A DNA stretch of 64,000 bases, taken from positions 160,001-224,000 of the forward strand of contig CBDFLE010000006.1 in NCBI GenBank assembly GCA_965248925.1, read 5' to 3'. Origin of the DNA: Candidatus Multivoradales bacterium. Lineage in GTDB: Bacteria; Acidobacteriota; Thermoanaerobaculia; Multivoradales; J023. Of this stretch, positions 45,649 to 55,420 are shown in pieces; position 1 is the first letter of the stretch, and every line of letters starts with the position of its first letter. The position numbers and the translations under genes are program-made. The notes beneath the pieces were generated by a model. It made no database searches and had not been told where the DNA came from. It saw only the letters and a list, made by a program, of their open reading frames with translations.

Positions 45649-47940
45649 ATGATCCAATCTCCAAATACAACTGCTCGGCGGCGCTGGCGCGTGCTCGCTC
45701 AATGCCTTCTCATCAGTTTGCTAGCCGGCTGCTGGTCTCAGGCCGAAAAGCAGCCAATGGACCTCTTCGAGGCCTTTGCTCAGGCTGAGCAAGTGCCGCC
45801 GCCCGGCTTGTTCAAGCTCGGCAGCAAGTCTCGGCAGACCTGGCGAATGCCCCTGGCCACGCCTGATCTGCCGCGGCGGGAATGGGGCTTGGCCGCGGAA
45901 TATGGCTGGCGGCCACTGGGCGCTCAGATCACCCTCCGCCTCGGCCCGGCAACCGCGGGTAGTCAGCTGTTGTGGGTGGAGATCCAGCGGGTCAAGCCCG
46001 GTCCCGGCGAACCGCCGCTAGCTCCATTGAGCGTCCAACCAAGATGGAAGAACGCTGGCGACAGCCTCGGCCCGTTGCTTGAACCAAGGCAGCTGATCGC
46101 CGGTCGCAACCGGCTGTGGCTACCCCTGCCCCAGCCGCTGCCCGCCACCAGTTCGCTCGAGCTGCACTTCGATCCGCCGATCGATCAACCAGCCCAGGGC
46201 CTGCCCCTTGTTCTGGTCACCGGCCTCGCCTACCTGCCGACCGCTGACCACCCTCCGCGACTGGCCCGCGCCACCCTCAGCGTCCATCTTCCCACTCAAG
46301 AAGTGCGGATCCACCGCAGCGGTCGCTTTGTGATCGGCCTGAAACTGCCTCGCGAGGCCGATCCGAAGTATGCCGAACTGCATCTACAGCTAGCGCTCGG
46401 CGACCAGCCCCCGGCCGCCGGCAGTGTCCGCTGGACCCTCAGCGGGCTCGACGGTGAGCCCTTGGGCTTCAGCTTCGACGAACGACGGCGCCGACGCTTC
46501 AGCGAGCTACGCGGCGACTTCAGCACCGACTTTCCGCATCATCTGATTCTTCTGCTCGACGTTGACTTGGCTGCCGAGGCCGGCCCGCTGGTAATTCGCC
46601 AGCCACGGCTGCTAACCGCTGCCAGGCAGAACCGCAGCGAGCTCGCCGACCGGGACATCGCCGATCGTGACCTTGCCAACAGTGAACCGGCTAGCCATCC
46701 CGACATCATCCTCATCGTTCTCGACGCGGCCCGCGGCGACCGGGTTGGCGGCACTTACCCGAAGAGGGTGGCACCTCGGCTCGAGGCGCTGGCGGAGGAG
46801 GGACTGCTGTTCTCCCATGCCTATTCTGAATGCCCCTCGACCTTATGCTCGATCCCCAACCTGATCACCGGCCTGCCCTTGCTGGCCGAGGGAGCCGGCG
46901 GCAAGGCGGGGCGGCTCGCCGACTCGCACCAAACCCTGGCCGAGACCCTGCACCAACTCGGCTACCGCACCATCGGCCTGTCGGCCAATCCCTACAACTC
47001 GGTATCGCGCAACATGCACCAAGGATTCGACCACTTCGCTGCTCTGTGGGGCAAAAAGTCCACCGACCACGGACCCAACGGCATGGTGCGCCAGGCGCGG
47101 GCGGCGATCGAGGCCACTGCCGCCGAACAACCGCTCTTCTTGCAACTGCACTTCCTGCCGCCGCATGAGCCCTACGCCCCGCCACCACGCTTCGATCTAT
47201 TTCGCGACCCGGCCTACCGAGGACCGATCGAGGCCGGCGGCTCGTTATTCGCCTATCGCACCGGTCGGGCGAGCTTCAGCAGCGCCGACCTGGAGCAACT
47301 GGTGGCCCTCTACGATGGCAACTTCCTGACCGCCGACGACGCCGCCGGCCGGGTCTTCGACCTCGTGCGCGAGTATCGCCAGTGGGACAACACGGCGGTG
47401 GTGGTAACCGCTGATCACGGCGAGGCCTTTCTCGAACATGGCCAACAAGGTCACAACGCGGATCTTTTCGAGGAGATGCTGCACATTCCCTTGGTGATCA
47501 AACCACCAGCCCGAGTCAGCAGCGAGAGTTCTTGGCTGGACCAGCCGGTGAGCTTGGGCGATGTCGTGCCCACTCTGCTCGGCATGCTCGGCCGCTCGGC
47601 ACCAGCTCAGGCAACCGGTGTCGATCTGCTCACTGTGCCAGCCCACCCAAGGCTGTTGATCTTCCGCACCAGCCGCCCTCTGACACCGGCCTGGGCACTA
47701 CGCAACGGCCCCTTCAAAGCCATCGCCTGCCCCGGCCGAGACGAACGTTGGTTATTCAATTTGGACCAGGATCCGGCCGAGCACACCAATCTGGCGGCAA
47801 CCCGCGGCGAGTTGTGGAGCGTCATGACCGGCTGGTTGCGGCAACAGCGAGCCGCCCTAGCTAGCCAAGGTGCAGCTGAGTCGACGCTCTTTGACGACGA
47901 AGAGCGCCGCGTTTTGCGCGCCCTGGGCTACGCAGAGTGA
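45649..47940 (+). CDS. Sulfatase/alkaline-phosphatase superfamily lipoprotein
   Basis: LAGC lipobox; PDIILIVLDA.R.D, LITG, TLAETL..GY, PHEPY, ADHGE, C-terminal LRALGY. The track ORF's N-terminal extension overlaps the SDR gene and was trimmed. Confidence 0.85.
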   Translation: MIQSPNTTARRRWRVLAQCLLISLLAGCWSQAEKQPMDLFEAFAQAEQVPPPGLFKLGSKSRQTWRMPLATPDLPRREWGLAAEYGWRPLGAQITLRLGPATAGSQLLWVEIQRVKPGPGEPPLAPLSVQPRWKNAGDSLGPLLEPRQLIAGRNRLWLPLPQPLPATSSLELHFDPPIDQPAQGLPLVLVTGLAYLPTADHPPRLARATLSVHLPTQEVRIHRSGRFVIGLKLPREADPKYAELHLQLALGDQPPAAGSVRWTLSGLDGEPLGFSFDERRRRRFSELRGDFSTDFPHHLILLLDVDLAAEAGPLVIRQPRLLTAARQNRSELADRDIADRDLANSEPASHPDIILIVLDAARGDRVGGTYPKRVAPRLEALAEEGLLFSHAYSECPSTLCSIPNLITGLPLLAEGAGGKAGRLADSHQTLAETLHQLGYRTIGLSANPYNSVSRNMHQGFDHFAALWGKKSTDHGPNGMVRQARAAIEATAAEQPLFLQLHFLPPHEPYAPPPRFDLFRDPAYRGPIEAGGSLFAYRTGRASFSSADLEQLVALYDGNFLTADDAAGRVFDLVREYRQWDNTAVVVTADHGEAFLEHGQQGHNADLFEEMLHIPLVIKPPARVSSESSWLDQPVSLGDVVPTLLGMLGRSAPAQATGVDLLTVPAHPRLLIFRTSRPLTPAWALRNGPFKAIACPGRDERWLFNLDQDPAEHTNLAATRGELWSVMTGWLRQQRAALASQGAAESTLFDDEERRVLRALGYAE

Positions 47941-48107
47941 AATCACGGCCAAGATTGGCTTAGGATCGGCACCGATGAGCGAACAACACTCACCCGCTCC
48001 GTACTTCCTCTGCCAACGCCGCGCAACTGCTGTCGGTGGCCGGGAGATGTGCGGGTCGGAGATCGCGAGATCGAGGCGATCCCCGCGCTACCACCCGACC
48101 CGGCCGA

Positions 48108-48851
48108 CTAAGCCAGAACAGCTTCGGCGAGAATCTGGCCGAGAACATCGATCGTCTCTCGCCCCTCGGCGACGCTGGCCGCGGCCGGATCACCAAAGTA
48201 AGCCTGTGGCCCGCCTGCTTCGGCAAAGCTGGTCTTGCCTTCGCGCAGGGCGGTCGACAGCGACTTCAGCACCGGCTCTAGGTGCCGACTGCGCTCGACC
48301 CGAACCAATTCAGGACGCGCCGCCAAGACCACCGAACCCTCGTAGCAGCCGGCATGACAAGCGCCGCTCTTGAATTCGTCGGTCAATCGCAGGGCCCACG
48401 GTTTGCGGGTGATATCGGGAAAGACCCAGCGCGGCCGGCCCGCCGCTTTGATTTCCTTGGCAGAGGCATAGAGCGAGCCCAGATGCGCCGGGTCGAGATG
48501 CGAGTTGGCGATCGCCAACGTGCCGACTCCGTGGCTCGCCAGAGCGGCGGCGAGGTCGACCAGCAGGGCGGTCACCGTCTCCGGCCTGACCGACAAGGTG
48601 CCAGGGAAATCGGCAGCGAAGGAAGCCGCCGTATAGTCGACCGGTGGCAGGAGGAGCACATCAAGCCCAGTGCCGGCCAGGCGCTGGGCGGCATTTTCGA
48701 CCATGGCGACTGATATCACCCGATCGGTAGATAGGGGCAAATGCGGGCCATGGGCTTCGACCGCCCCCACCGGCAGCAGGGCGATGGCGCGACCGAGGTC
48801 GAGCGCGTCGACCTCGGTCCAAGTCATGGCAGATAGGCGGTGGACCGGCAT
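48108..48851 (-). CDS. Creatininase family protein
   Basis: MTWTEV, PVGAVEAHGPHLPLSTD, FPGTLS, HAGCYEGS. Confidence 0.9.
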   Translation of the reverse strand: MPVHRLSAMTWTEVDALDLGRAIALLPVGAVEAHGPHLPLSTDRVISVAMVENAAQRLAGTGLDVLLLPPVDYTAASFAADFPGTLSVRPETVTALLVDLAAALASHGVGTLAIANSHLDPAHLGSLYASAKEIKAAGRPRWVFPDITRKPWALRLTDEFKSGACHAGCYEGSVVLAARPELVRVERSRHLEPVLKSLSTALREGKTSFAEAGGPQAYFGDPAAASVAEGRETIDVLGQILAEAVLA

Positions 48852-49041
48852 TGGGCCAGTGTAGCCCAACGTCACCGCGGGCAGCACAACGACCGGTGGC
48901 ACGGCGACTCCCACTGTGCCGCCGAGGTGGGCCTAGCGGCAAGAGAAGGCACTACCCCCTTTTCAGCCTTCGCCGGGTCTAGCCATCACAGAAGCACTCC
49001 GAATCTCCGGATGCCCTCTGCTTGCTGATCTGGAGCGAACC

Positions 49042-49251
49042 ATGAGCGAGAAATTCGACCCGGCGTTGTACAACGAAAAAAGAGATACCAAGCCCGATAC
49101 TCCCAAACTGGCGGGCCGCGGGGTGCGGATCCCCGCGGTGGCCGAGCAGGCACCCGGCTCGGCTGACGGCGCGGGCGCCGCCGAGCCAGCCAACACTGGC
49201 GATCAAGATAGAGACACGGTCAAACTCGCCGGCCGCCTAGAGGGGATCTGA
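49042..49251 (+). CDS. Small hypothetical protein with a repeated DTxKLAGR motif
   Basis: GGAG RBS 6 nt before the ATG; fills an otherwise empty gap. Confidence 0.4.
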   Translation: MSEKFDPALYNEKRDTKPDTPKLAGRGVRIPAVAEQAPGSADGAGAAEPANTGDQDRDTVKLAGRLEGI

Positions 49252-49326
49252 ACACAGCGCGAGTCGGCGGGCTCTAGCCAAGCCAACCAGCCGCACGCGC
49301 TCTGCTTGGGCGCTGAGAATCCGCCC

Positions 49327-50559
49327 TTAAAACGAGCAGAAATCGTCAAGAACGATCGCTTCAAGACCCACGCTGAAGCGCCCTTCAGCGGCGTGCAACG
49401 GCAGCACGATTCCTGGAGAGCTGGAGAATGGCGGGCTACAGATGCCACAGTTGGTCAGCGACCACAGGTCGATGACGCCAGCGGTGAGATCGCCCACCAG
49501 CGACTCATCGAGCCGCAAGCGACTCGCGAAAGCCAGCTGGTTAAAGAGCTCGTAGAAGCCGGTCGGGCTATCCCCCGCTTCGCCCCGCACGCGGTAGGCC
49601 CAATCGCTGGTGACGGCGCTTCCACCGCCGCCCAACGCTGCGGGTCTGCTACCGCAGACAACCGGCTCAACACCGCCCCAGGGAGCCTGCCACAGCAACA
49701 ACTCGGTGCCGCCGGTGAAAGCGCCGCCATTGAAAAAGCGGGTCAGATAACGACTCGCCAACGGCCGCCGCTGATCGCTGCGATCGACGCCGGGAACGAA
49801 TCCATAGAAGCTGGGCACTGAACCGACGCCGGCGACCTCCGGATCGGCCGGCAAATGGACCAGCGCCGCTCCCTGGGCGAAGTCCTGCCGCGGTTCGACA
49901 AGAAAGAAATCGCCAAACAACACGTTGTCATTCGACGCCAAGCCCCCACCCGCGGCCGCGAAGTAGCCGTCGTCGGAAGGAAAGCGAATCTCGTCCGAGC
50001 AGTCGTCAAGTACGTCGACGGTGAGAAATCCCACCACCGTCTGCTGCTGGCGCATGCTGGCCCAGCACTGGCCCGAGCCGAGGGGATATTCATCACCTCG
50101 ATGCTGCGCGCCGAGGGCAACCACGTCAACCACTGGCTGACTCAGAGGGTCGGCGCAACTGGCCGGTCGCGCTAACTCGCTAGCGGCCTGCGGCAGGCTG
50201 CCACTATGGAAAACGTCGCGCAAATTTATTGGCACCACGCCGTAGGAAGGCAGCAGCAGATCGAAACTCAGCGTCGGTATCCCCCAGTCGGTCCACAGCG
50301 TCACGCGGGCGAGCCGCGGCTCTGTCGCCGTGCTGCCGATCGAGACCAGCGTCGTCGGCCCCGCGGCGTCTTCGAGATCGACTTCGAAAAACGGTAGTAA
50401 GAGACTGGCCGATGGCTGCGGGCCGGTATTGCAGGTGGTGCCCAGCGGCGCCGCTCGAGCGCCCAGGCAGACAGCCAGGGCGCAGACGATGAGCAGGTTC
50501 AGCAAGAACAGGCGAGCCGCAGATGCGCGGCCCAGGAACAAGGGGTCGAAATCTAGCAT
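49327..50559 (-). CDS. Secreted Cys-containing hypothetical protein (LLLPFFEVDL family)
   Basis: GGAGG RBS, signal peptide, SASLLLPFFEVDL, VTLWTDWGIPT, NLRDVF, NVLFGDF, RFSVG. Confidence 0.8.
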   Translation of the reverse strand: MLDFDPLFLGRASAARLFLLNLLIVCALAVCLGARAAPLGTTCNTGPQPSASLLLPFFEVDLEDAAGPTTLVSIGSTATEPRLARVTLWTDWGIPTLSFDLLLPSYGVVPINLRDVFHSGSLPQAASELARPASCADPLSQPVVDVVALGAQHRGDEYPLGSGQCWASMRQQQTVVGFLTVDVLDDCSDEIRFPSDDGYFAAAGGGLASNDNVLFGDFFLVEPRQDFAQGAALVHLPADPEVAGVGSVPSFYGFVPGVDRSDQRRPLASRYLTRFFNGGAFTGGTELLLWQAPWGGVEPVVCGSRPAALGGGGSAVTSDWAYRVRGEAGDSPTGFYELFNQLAFASRLRLDESLVGDLTAGVIDLWSLTNCGICSPPFSSSPGIVLPLHAAEGRFSVGLEAIVLDDFCSF

Positions 50560-50633
50560 GTGTTACCTCCGTTGAAGAAGGTATTTATGCCACATCACCA
50601 TTTTAAAAGCAAACCAAACCTCGGTCGCAAGGA

Positions 50634-50667
50634 GCTTCTCGCTCCCAGAGCGAGGAGCATCCTTTTT
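50634..50667. terminator. Stem-loop with a T-run (possible terminator)
   Basis: gcttctcgct-cccag-agcgaggagc followed by atccttttt; the T-run orientation is opposite to the flanking genes. Confidence 0.3.
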
Positions 50668-50746
50668 CTCCAAGAGCGGGCGGCAAGCCTAGGCCCGCTA
50701 CTGGCCGCGGCGATGCCCTGAGCTTCCTTAGAACTCGGCCTGGTGC

Positions 50747-51880
50747 TCAACGCCACCGGCGAATTTCAAAGTAATAGCTCGCCAGCGGTTCTGCCCCAGG
50801 CTGGGACGATAGCTCGACGGTGTAGCGGCCCGCAGCCAGGCGGGAGGATGGCACCAGCAACACATGGCCCTCGGCACCATCATCGCGGCGCAGGCCATTC
50901 AGACTCCACAACCGCTCGCCGGCGGGGCCGTCAAGGGCGAGGATGGACTCCTCGGCAATGACCTCGTGGTCGGCGCGCAACACCAACACCAATTGGCCGC
51001 GGTAGTCGCTGCGCAGCTCGACAGTCGGCGGCGAGCTTTCACCATCGATCGAGGTCGGCTCTAATACCAGCAGCGGCCCCCCCTGGCGAAGCTCGAAAGC
51101 ACCGCGAGAGGCTAGAAGGTGATCGGCCGCCGTCAACCGAGTTTCGGCATCCTCAGCGCGGCCGACCAGCTGCAATCTTTCGGCATTGAGCTGCTCGACC
51201 TGTTGCGCGAGGCCAAAGCTGCCCCCTATTTGCTGCCGCAACTCCTGGAACGTGGCTAAAAAACCGCCAGCAAACGCCAGGCCCAAGAGCGTGGCAACAA
51301 TCGCCCACCAACTAATGGCGCGATCCGAGCCAGGACTGGAATCGCTGGAATTTGCCGAGACGAACAGAGAAGAGGCAGATTCTTCGGTGGCTTCCGCCCT
51401 GCCCTCTAGAGATAGTGGGACTGCTGCTACCACCGCCGTTCCGACGACTGGCTGGCGGGCCAGCTCCAGGGCGTTCACGCACAGCGGACAGCTGATCAGA
51501 TGATCGGTGATCAGCTCACGTTCGACCAGCCCCATGGAAATGTTGTCGGCAAAGTCGATCAGTTGATCGACTGGCGGGTGGAGAGCAGCACCACTCAGCG
51601 CCTGCTCCGCGCCCACTTCCTGTCTTCGCCAGCGGGCGATCGAACGACCGCGGACAATCCGCGCCACATAGGGCTCGAGGGCCTCTTCGCCCAGAAAACG
51701 GCCGCGCTGGAGTCTGTTGGCGAGTTCTGAGTGGGCTTCCGCCACGACTTCTGACCAATGCCCACCCAAGCAATCGCGAAACGGCGCCGCCCACTTCTCC
51801 ACCCAATCACCCACCTGCCGCTGGGCAGCGGCCTCGCCGCTGAGGTAACCAACGATCAGCCGCTCGGCAAGTTGAGCCAT
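50747..51880 (-). CDS. Fusion of an ECF sigma region-2-like domain, a zinc anti-sigma (HxxxCxxC) domain, a TM helix and an extracytoplasmic domain
   Basis: GGAGGAG RBS; YLSGEAAA...GRFLGEEALEPYVARIVRGRSIARWRR; HPP...HLISCPLC; WWAIVATLLGLAFAGGFL. Confidence 0.65.
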   Translation of the reverse strand: MAQLAERLIVGYLSGEAAAQRQVGDWVEKWAAPFRDCLGGHWSEVVAEAHSELANRLQRGRFLGEEALEPYVARIVRGRSIARWRRQEVGAEQALSGAALHPPVDQLIDFADNISMGLVERELITDHLISCPLCVNALELARQPVVGTAVVAAVPLSLEGRAEATEESASSLFVSANSSDSSPGSDRAISWWAIVATLLGLAFAGGFLATFQELRQQIGGSFGLAQQVEQLNAERLQLVGRAEDAETRLTAADHLLASRGAFELRQGGPLLVLEPTSIDGESSPPTVELRSDYRGQLVLVLRADHEVIAEESILALDGPAGERLWSLNGLRRDDGAEGHVLLVPSSRLAAGRYTVELSSQPGAEPLASYYFEIRRWR

Positions 51881-51959
51881 CGCTCCTCCTTCGCGCTACC
51901 GATCGTTGGCTTGCTTTGGCAACAGGTCGTCAACCGCCTCTCCTTCTCTCTGCTGTCGT

Positions 51960-54900
51960 TCACCGAGGCCCTTTGGCTTCAGCGCGAGCCCGGCGCTCCG
52001 CGTCCCGGCGTCCACGGTAGCTGGCGGCAAAGAGACGCCCTCCCACCGTCACCGGCTGCGGCTCGCCCAGGTTGCTCTTTTGCCGGTTGCCCGACAGCTG
52101 TTCGCGCAGGTCGTCTAGGCGTGCGCCCAACGCCCGCGCCGCGCCTTCCAACTCGCCGTCGTCTAGGGCCGCTCTAGCCATCGTCTGCTGGAGGGCCTTG
52201 AGCCGCTCTGTAGTTTCGTCGATAGCCGCGGTGGTGCCGGTGAAGATGCGTTGCAGCTCCCCCAGCTGGACCCGGAAAGCAGCCGCGGTGGCCTTATCCG
52301 AACCCGGCAATGAAGGCTCGCCGAGGGGCTTCAGGGTAAGACTGCGACGCTCACCAAGTTCGCTCAGCTGGCCCTCGACCCGCTGCGCCAAAGAGACCGA
52401 GTAAGTGCCGGGCGCGACCAGGAAACCGCCGCCGCCGGGGCCATCGTCGGGTCCGTCAGCACTCCACGCGGCAAGCGACGGGTACCGCAAATCCCAGGCC
52501 ACCCGATGGAAACCCTTGCCCACCGGCCCCTCAAGGCGCCGCACCGTCTGCCCGTTCGAGTCTCGCACCGTCAGCACGATCTGCGGCTCTTCTTCGCGAG
52601 CCTCACGGCGTAGCTCGTCCCAGCCCGGGTAAGGGGTGTTGCCACCCTCCTTGGCGATCTCGCCTTCGGCCTGACGCCGACGGTCGGCCCTGCTGTCGAA
52701 ACCGTCGCGCAGGTAGTAGGTGAAAACCGCGCCAAAAGGCGGGTTGGGCGCGGTGAAGAAGGCACTTCCTTGAGCGGCCTTCTCACCACCTCCAAGCGGC
52801 TGGCGCTCGACGTACCACCAGGGGCGCACCGCGAACAGCTCTGCTTCGCTGGCCAGCAGCTCTTCGGACAGGCCACGCAACGGGCTGTAGTCGTCGAAAA
52901 CGTAGAAACCGCGGCCAAACGAGGCCCCTACCAAATCGCTCTCCCGGCGCTGGATGGCCAAGTCGCGGAATGAGATCTGCGGCACCCCGCCAGTAAGTTT
53001 CAACCAATGAGCCCCCGCATCGACGGTGACGAAAATACCGTCTTCGGTGGCGGCGAATAACAGCTCGGGATCGACATGATCTTGCACCAGCCGCCACACC
53101 AGGTGGCGCTCGGGCAAGTCGCCGACGATCGACTGCCAACTGCGGCCACGGTCGGTGCTGCGCAGCAGGTAGGGCGCGAAATCACCCTGCTTGTGGTTGT
53201 CGAGAGCCACATAGACCGTGTCGGCGTCGAACAAATCGGCCTTGAGGTCATTGACGAAAGCCCGCTCGGGCACTCCGGGCAGAACCGCCGCCTGGCGCCA
53301 GCCGGTGCCACCGTCCGCGCTCACTTGGATCAAACCATCGTCGCTGCCGGCATAGAGTAAACCCTCGAATCGCGGCGACTCGGCCACGGAAGTGATGTTG
53401 CCGTAGTTGGACATCGCCCACAGATCCCACAGCGAGTCGTAGCTCCACACCCGACCCATGATCGGCTGCAGCAAGCGATCTTCAGCCCGCGACAGGTCCG
53501 CCGAAATCGGCTTCCACGAGTCGCCACGGTCGTCGCTGCGCCACAGCCGCTGGCTAGCAAAATAGAGTCGCGCCGGATTGTGGGGGCTGATCAAGACCGG
53601 CGAATCCCAATTCCAGCGCTCCGCCGGCCCGCCCTGCTCGGGCTGGGGCTGAATGTAAACTGTCTCGCCCGTCTTACGATCGTGACGCACCAAGTTTCCT
53701 TGCTGCCATTGGGCATAGACGATGTCTGCATTGGACGGGTCCACCGCTGGCTGGTGGCCGTCGCCGAACAGGGCGACAAACCAATCAGAGTTACGAATAC
53801 CGTGCGCGTTGGTGGTGCGCGACGGACCTCCCTGAGTGTTGTTGTCCTGAGTGCCGCCATAGATAGTGTAGAAGGGCGTCTTGCTATCGAGCGCCAATTT
53901 GTAGAACTGGGTCACCGGCAGGTTGTCGACAAAGCGCCAATGGGCGCCCTGATCCCAGGTCTCGTAGAGACCGCCATCGCTGCCCGACAGCAGGTAGTTC
54001 GGATCGTTGGCATCGAATGCCAGGGCATGGTTGTCGCTATGCTTGTGCTCCTCAGACATACGCACGAAGGTCTTGCCGCCATCATCGCTAACATGCATCC
54101 ACACGTCCATCTGGTAGATGCGGTCGAGTTGGTGTGGGCTGGCGAAAATCTCCTGGTAGTAGTGCGGACCGGTGCCACCGGAGAGGTAGTCGCTGCGCTT
54201 CTCCCAAGTCCCACCCGCGTCGGCCGAGCGCCAGAAGCCGCCCTCGCGGTGGGCTAGCTCGATGGTGGCGTAGACCACGTCCGGGTTCTGTGGCGAGATC
54301 GCCAGGCCGATACGCCCCTTATCCTCTGGCGGCAGCCCAGACTCCAACTGACGCCAGCTGGCGCCACCGTCGGTGGATTTGTGGATAGCACTCTCCGGCC
54401 CGCCGTTGACCAACACCCCGACACTGCGCTGGCGTTGGTGGGAGGAGGCGTAGAGCACGTCGGCATCGCGGGGATCGAAGATCACGTCGTTGACCCCGGT
54501 CCACTGACCGGCGGCGAGAATCTGCTGCCAGGTAGCACCGCCATCGGTGGTCTTGTATAGCCCCCGGTCGCCACCGCCGGACCACAAGGGCCCTTGGGCG
54601 GCGACATGGACCACCTGCGAATCGCCGGGATCAACCAGGATCTTGCCGATGTGCTCGCTTGAGCCAAGGCCCATGTTCTGCCAACTGGCGCCCCCATCGA
54701 GACTCTTGTAGACCCCATCGCCAAAGCCCACATGGCGCCCGCCGACATTCTCGCCGGTACCCACCCACACTACTTCCGGATGCCCCGGATCGATGGTCAA
54801 ACAGCCGATCGAGTAAGAGCCCTCGCGGTCGAAGATCGGCTGCCAGGTGGTACCGGCATTGGTGGTCTTCCACACTCCACCGGAGCCCACCGCCACCAGC

Positions 54901-55121
54901 CAGGTGCTTTGGTGGCGGGGATGGATGGCGATGTCGGCAATCCGCCCCGACATCAACGCCGGACCGATCGAGCGCAGCTCAAGGCCGCTCAGAGTCTCAG
55001 AACTGAGCCGCGAGTCCGCCGCTTCGGCAGCTTCCGCGACAGGTTTCTTCTTCGCTCCCGCCGGCAACACCAGCAGCAGGGCGAAAAGGCTCCATACAGT
55101 GACAAATCTCGGTGAACGCAT
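51960..55121 (-). CDS. VPS10/sortilin-like BNR-repeat glycosyl hydrolase (altered C-terminus)
   Basis: RSIGPALMSGRI, many S/T-x-D-G-G-x-T/S-W Asp-boxes, GGTQDN, GRGFY, PNPPFGA. Confidence 0.9.
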   Translation of the reverse strand: MRSPRFVTVWSLFALLLVLPAGAKKKPVAEAAEAADSRLSSETLSGLELRSIGPALMSGRIADIAIHPRHQSTWLVAVGSGGVWKTTNAGTTWQPIFDREGSYSIGCLTIDPGHPEVVWVGTGENVGGRHVGFGDGVYKSLDGGASWQNMGLGSSEHIGKILVDPGDSQVVHVAAQGPLWSGGGDRGLYKTTDGGATWQQILAAGQWTGVNDVIFDPRDADVLYASSHQRQRSVGVLVNGGPESAIHKSTDGGASWRQLESGLPPEDKGRIGLAISPQNPDVVYATIELAHREGGFWRSADAGGTWEKRSDYLSGGTGPHYYQEIFASPHQLDRIYQMDVWMHVSDDGGKTFVRMSEEHKHSDNHALAFDANDPNYLLSGSDGGLYETWDQGAHWRFVDNLPVTQFYKLALDSKTPFYTIYGGTQDNNTQGGPSRTTNAHGIRNSDWFVALFGDGHQPAVDPSNADIVYAQWQQGNLVRHDRKTGETVYIQPQPEQGGPAERWNWDSPVLISPHNPARLYFASQRLWRSDDRGDSWKPISADLSRAEDRLLQPIMGRVWSYDSLWDLWAMSNYGNITSVAESPRFEGLLYAGSDDGLIQVSADGGTGWRQAAVLPGVPERAFVNDLKADLFDADTVYVALDNHKQGDFAPYLLRSTDRGRSWQSIVGDLPERHLVWRLVQDHVDPELLFAATEDGIFVTVDAGAHWLKLTGGVPQISFRDLAIQRRESDLVGASFGRGFYVFDDYSPLRGLSEELLASEAELFAVRPWWYVERQPLGGGEKAAQGSAFFTAPNPPFGAVFTYYLRDGFDSRADRRRQAEGEIAKEGGNTPYPGWDELRREAREEEPQIVLTVRDSNGQTVRRLEGPVGKGFHRVAWDLRYPSLAAWSADGPDDGPGGGGFLVAPGTYSVSLAQRVEGQLSELGERRSLTLKPLGEPSLPGSDKATAAAFRVQLGELQRIFTGTTAAIDETTERLKALQQTMARAALDDGELEGAARALGARLDDLREQLSGNRQKSNLGEPQPVTVGGRLFAASYRGRRDAERRARAEAKGPR

Positions 55122-55420
55122 GCCTTGATCTCCTCGGTCGGCGGGAGGAGAAAAATAGCACGCCTGAGGCCACCCAACGCCATTGAGATAGCCAGCCCAG
55201 AGGGATGGTCGAGCTGGTGAATGGTACCTGCTTACCACCGCGCTCGGCACACTCCGTCTCGCCACCTTTGGCAACTCGCCGCAGTCGCTGAACGAAGCGG
55301 TTTTTCGCCTCTGTGGAGTTCACCACGTTGGGCATGTCTGAACTCCTACGTTAGTGAATCTCCAGTAATCGATCGATCGACCGATCGATTGGCTGTTCGC
55401 AGCCTGGGCCAATCAATCCT

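Noticed and set aside
55367-55390. ATCG-rich quasi-palindrome (aatcgatcgatcgaccgatcgatt)
   Set aside because: Low complexity, and ATCG/CGAT words are abundant throughout the window.
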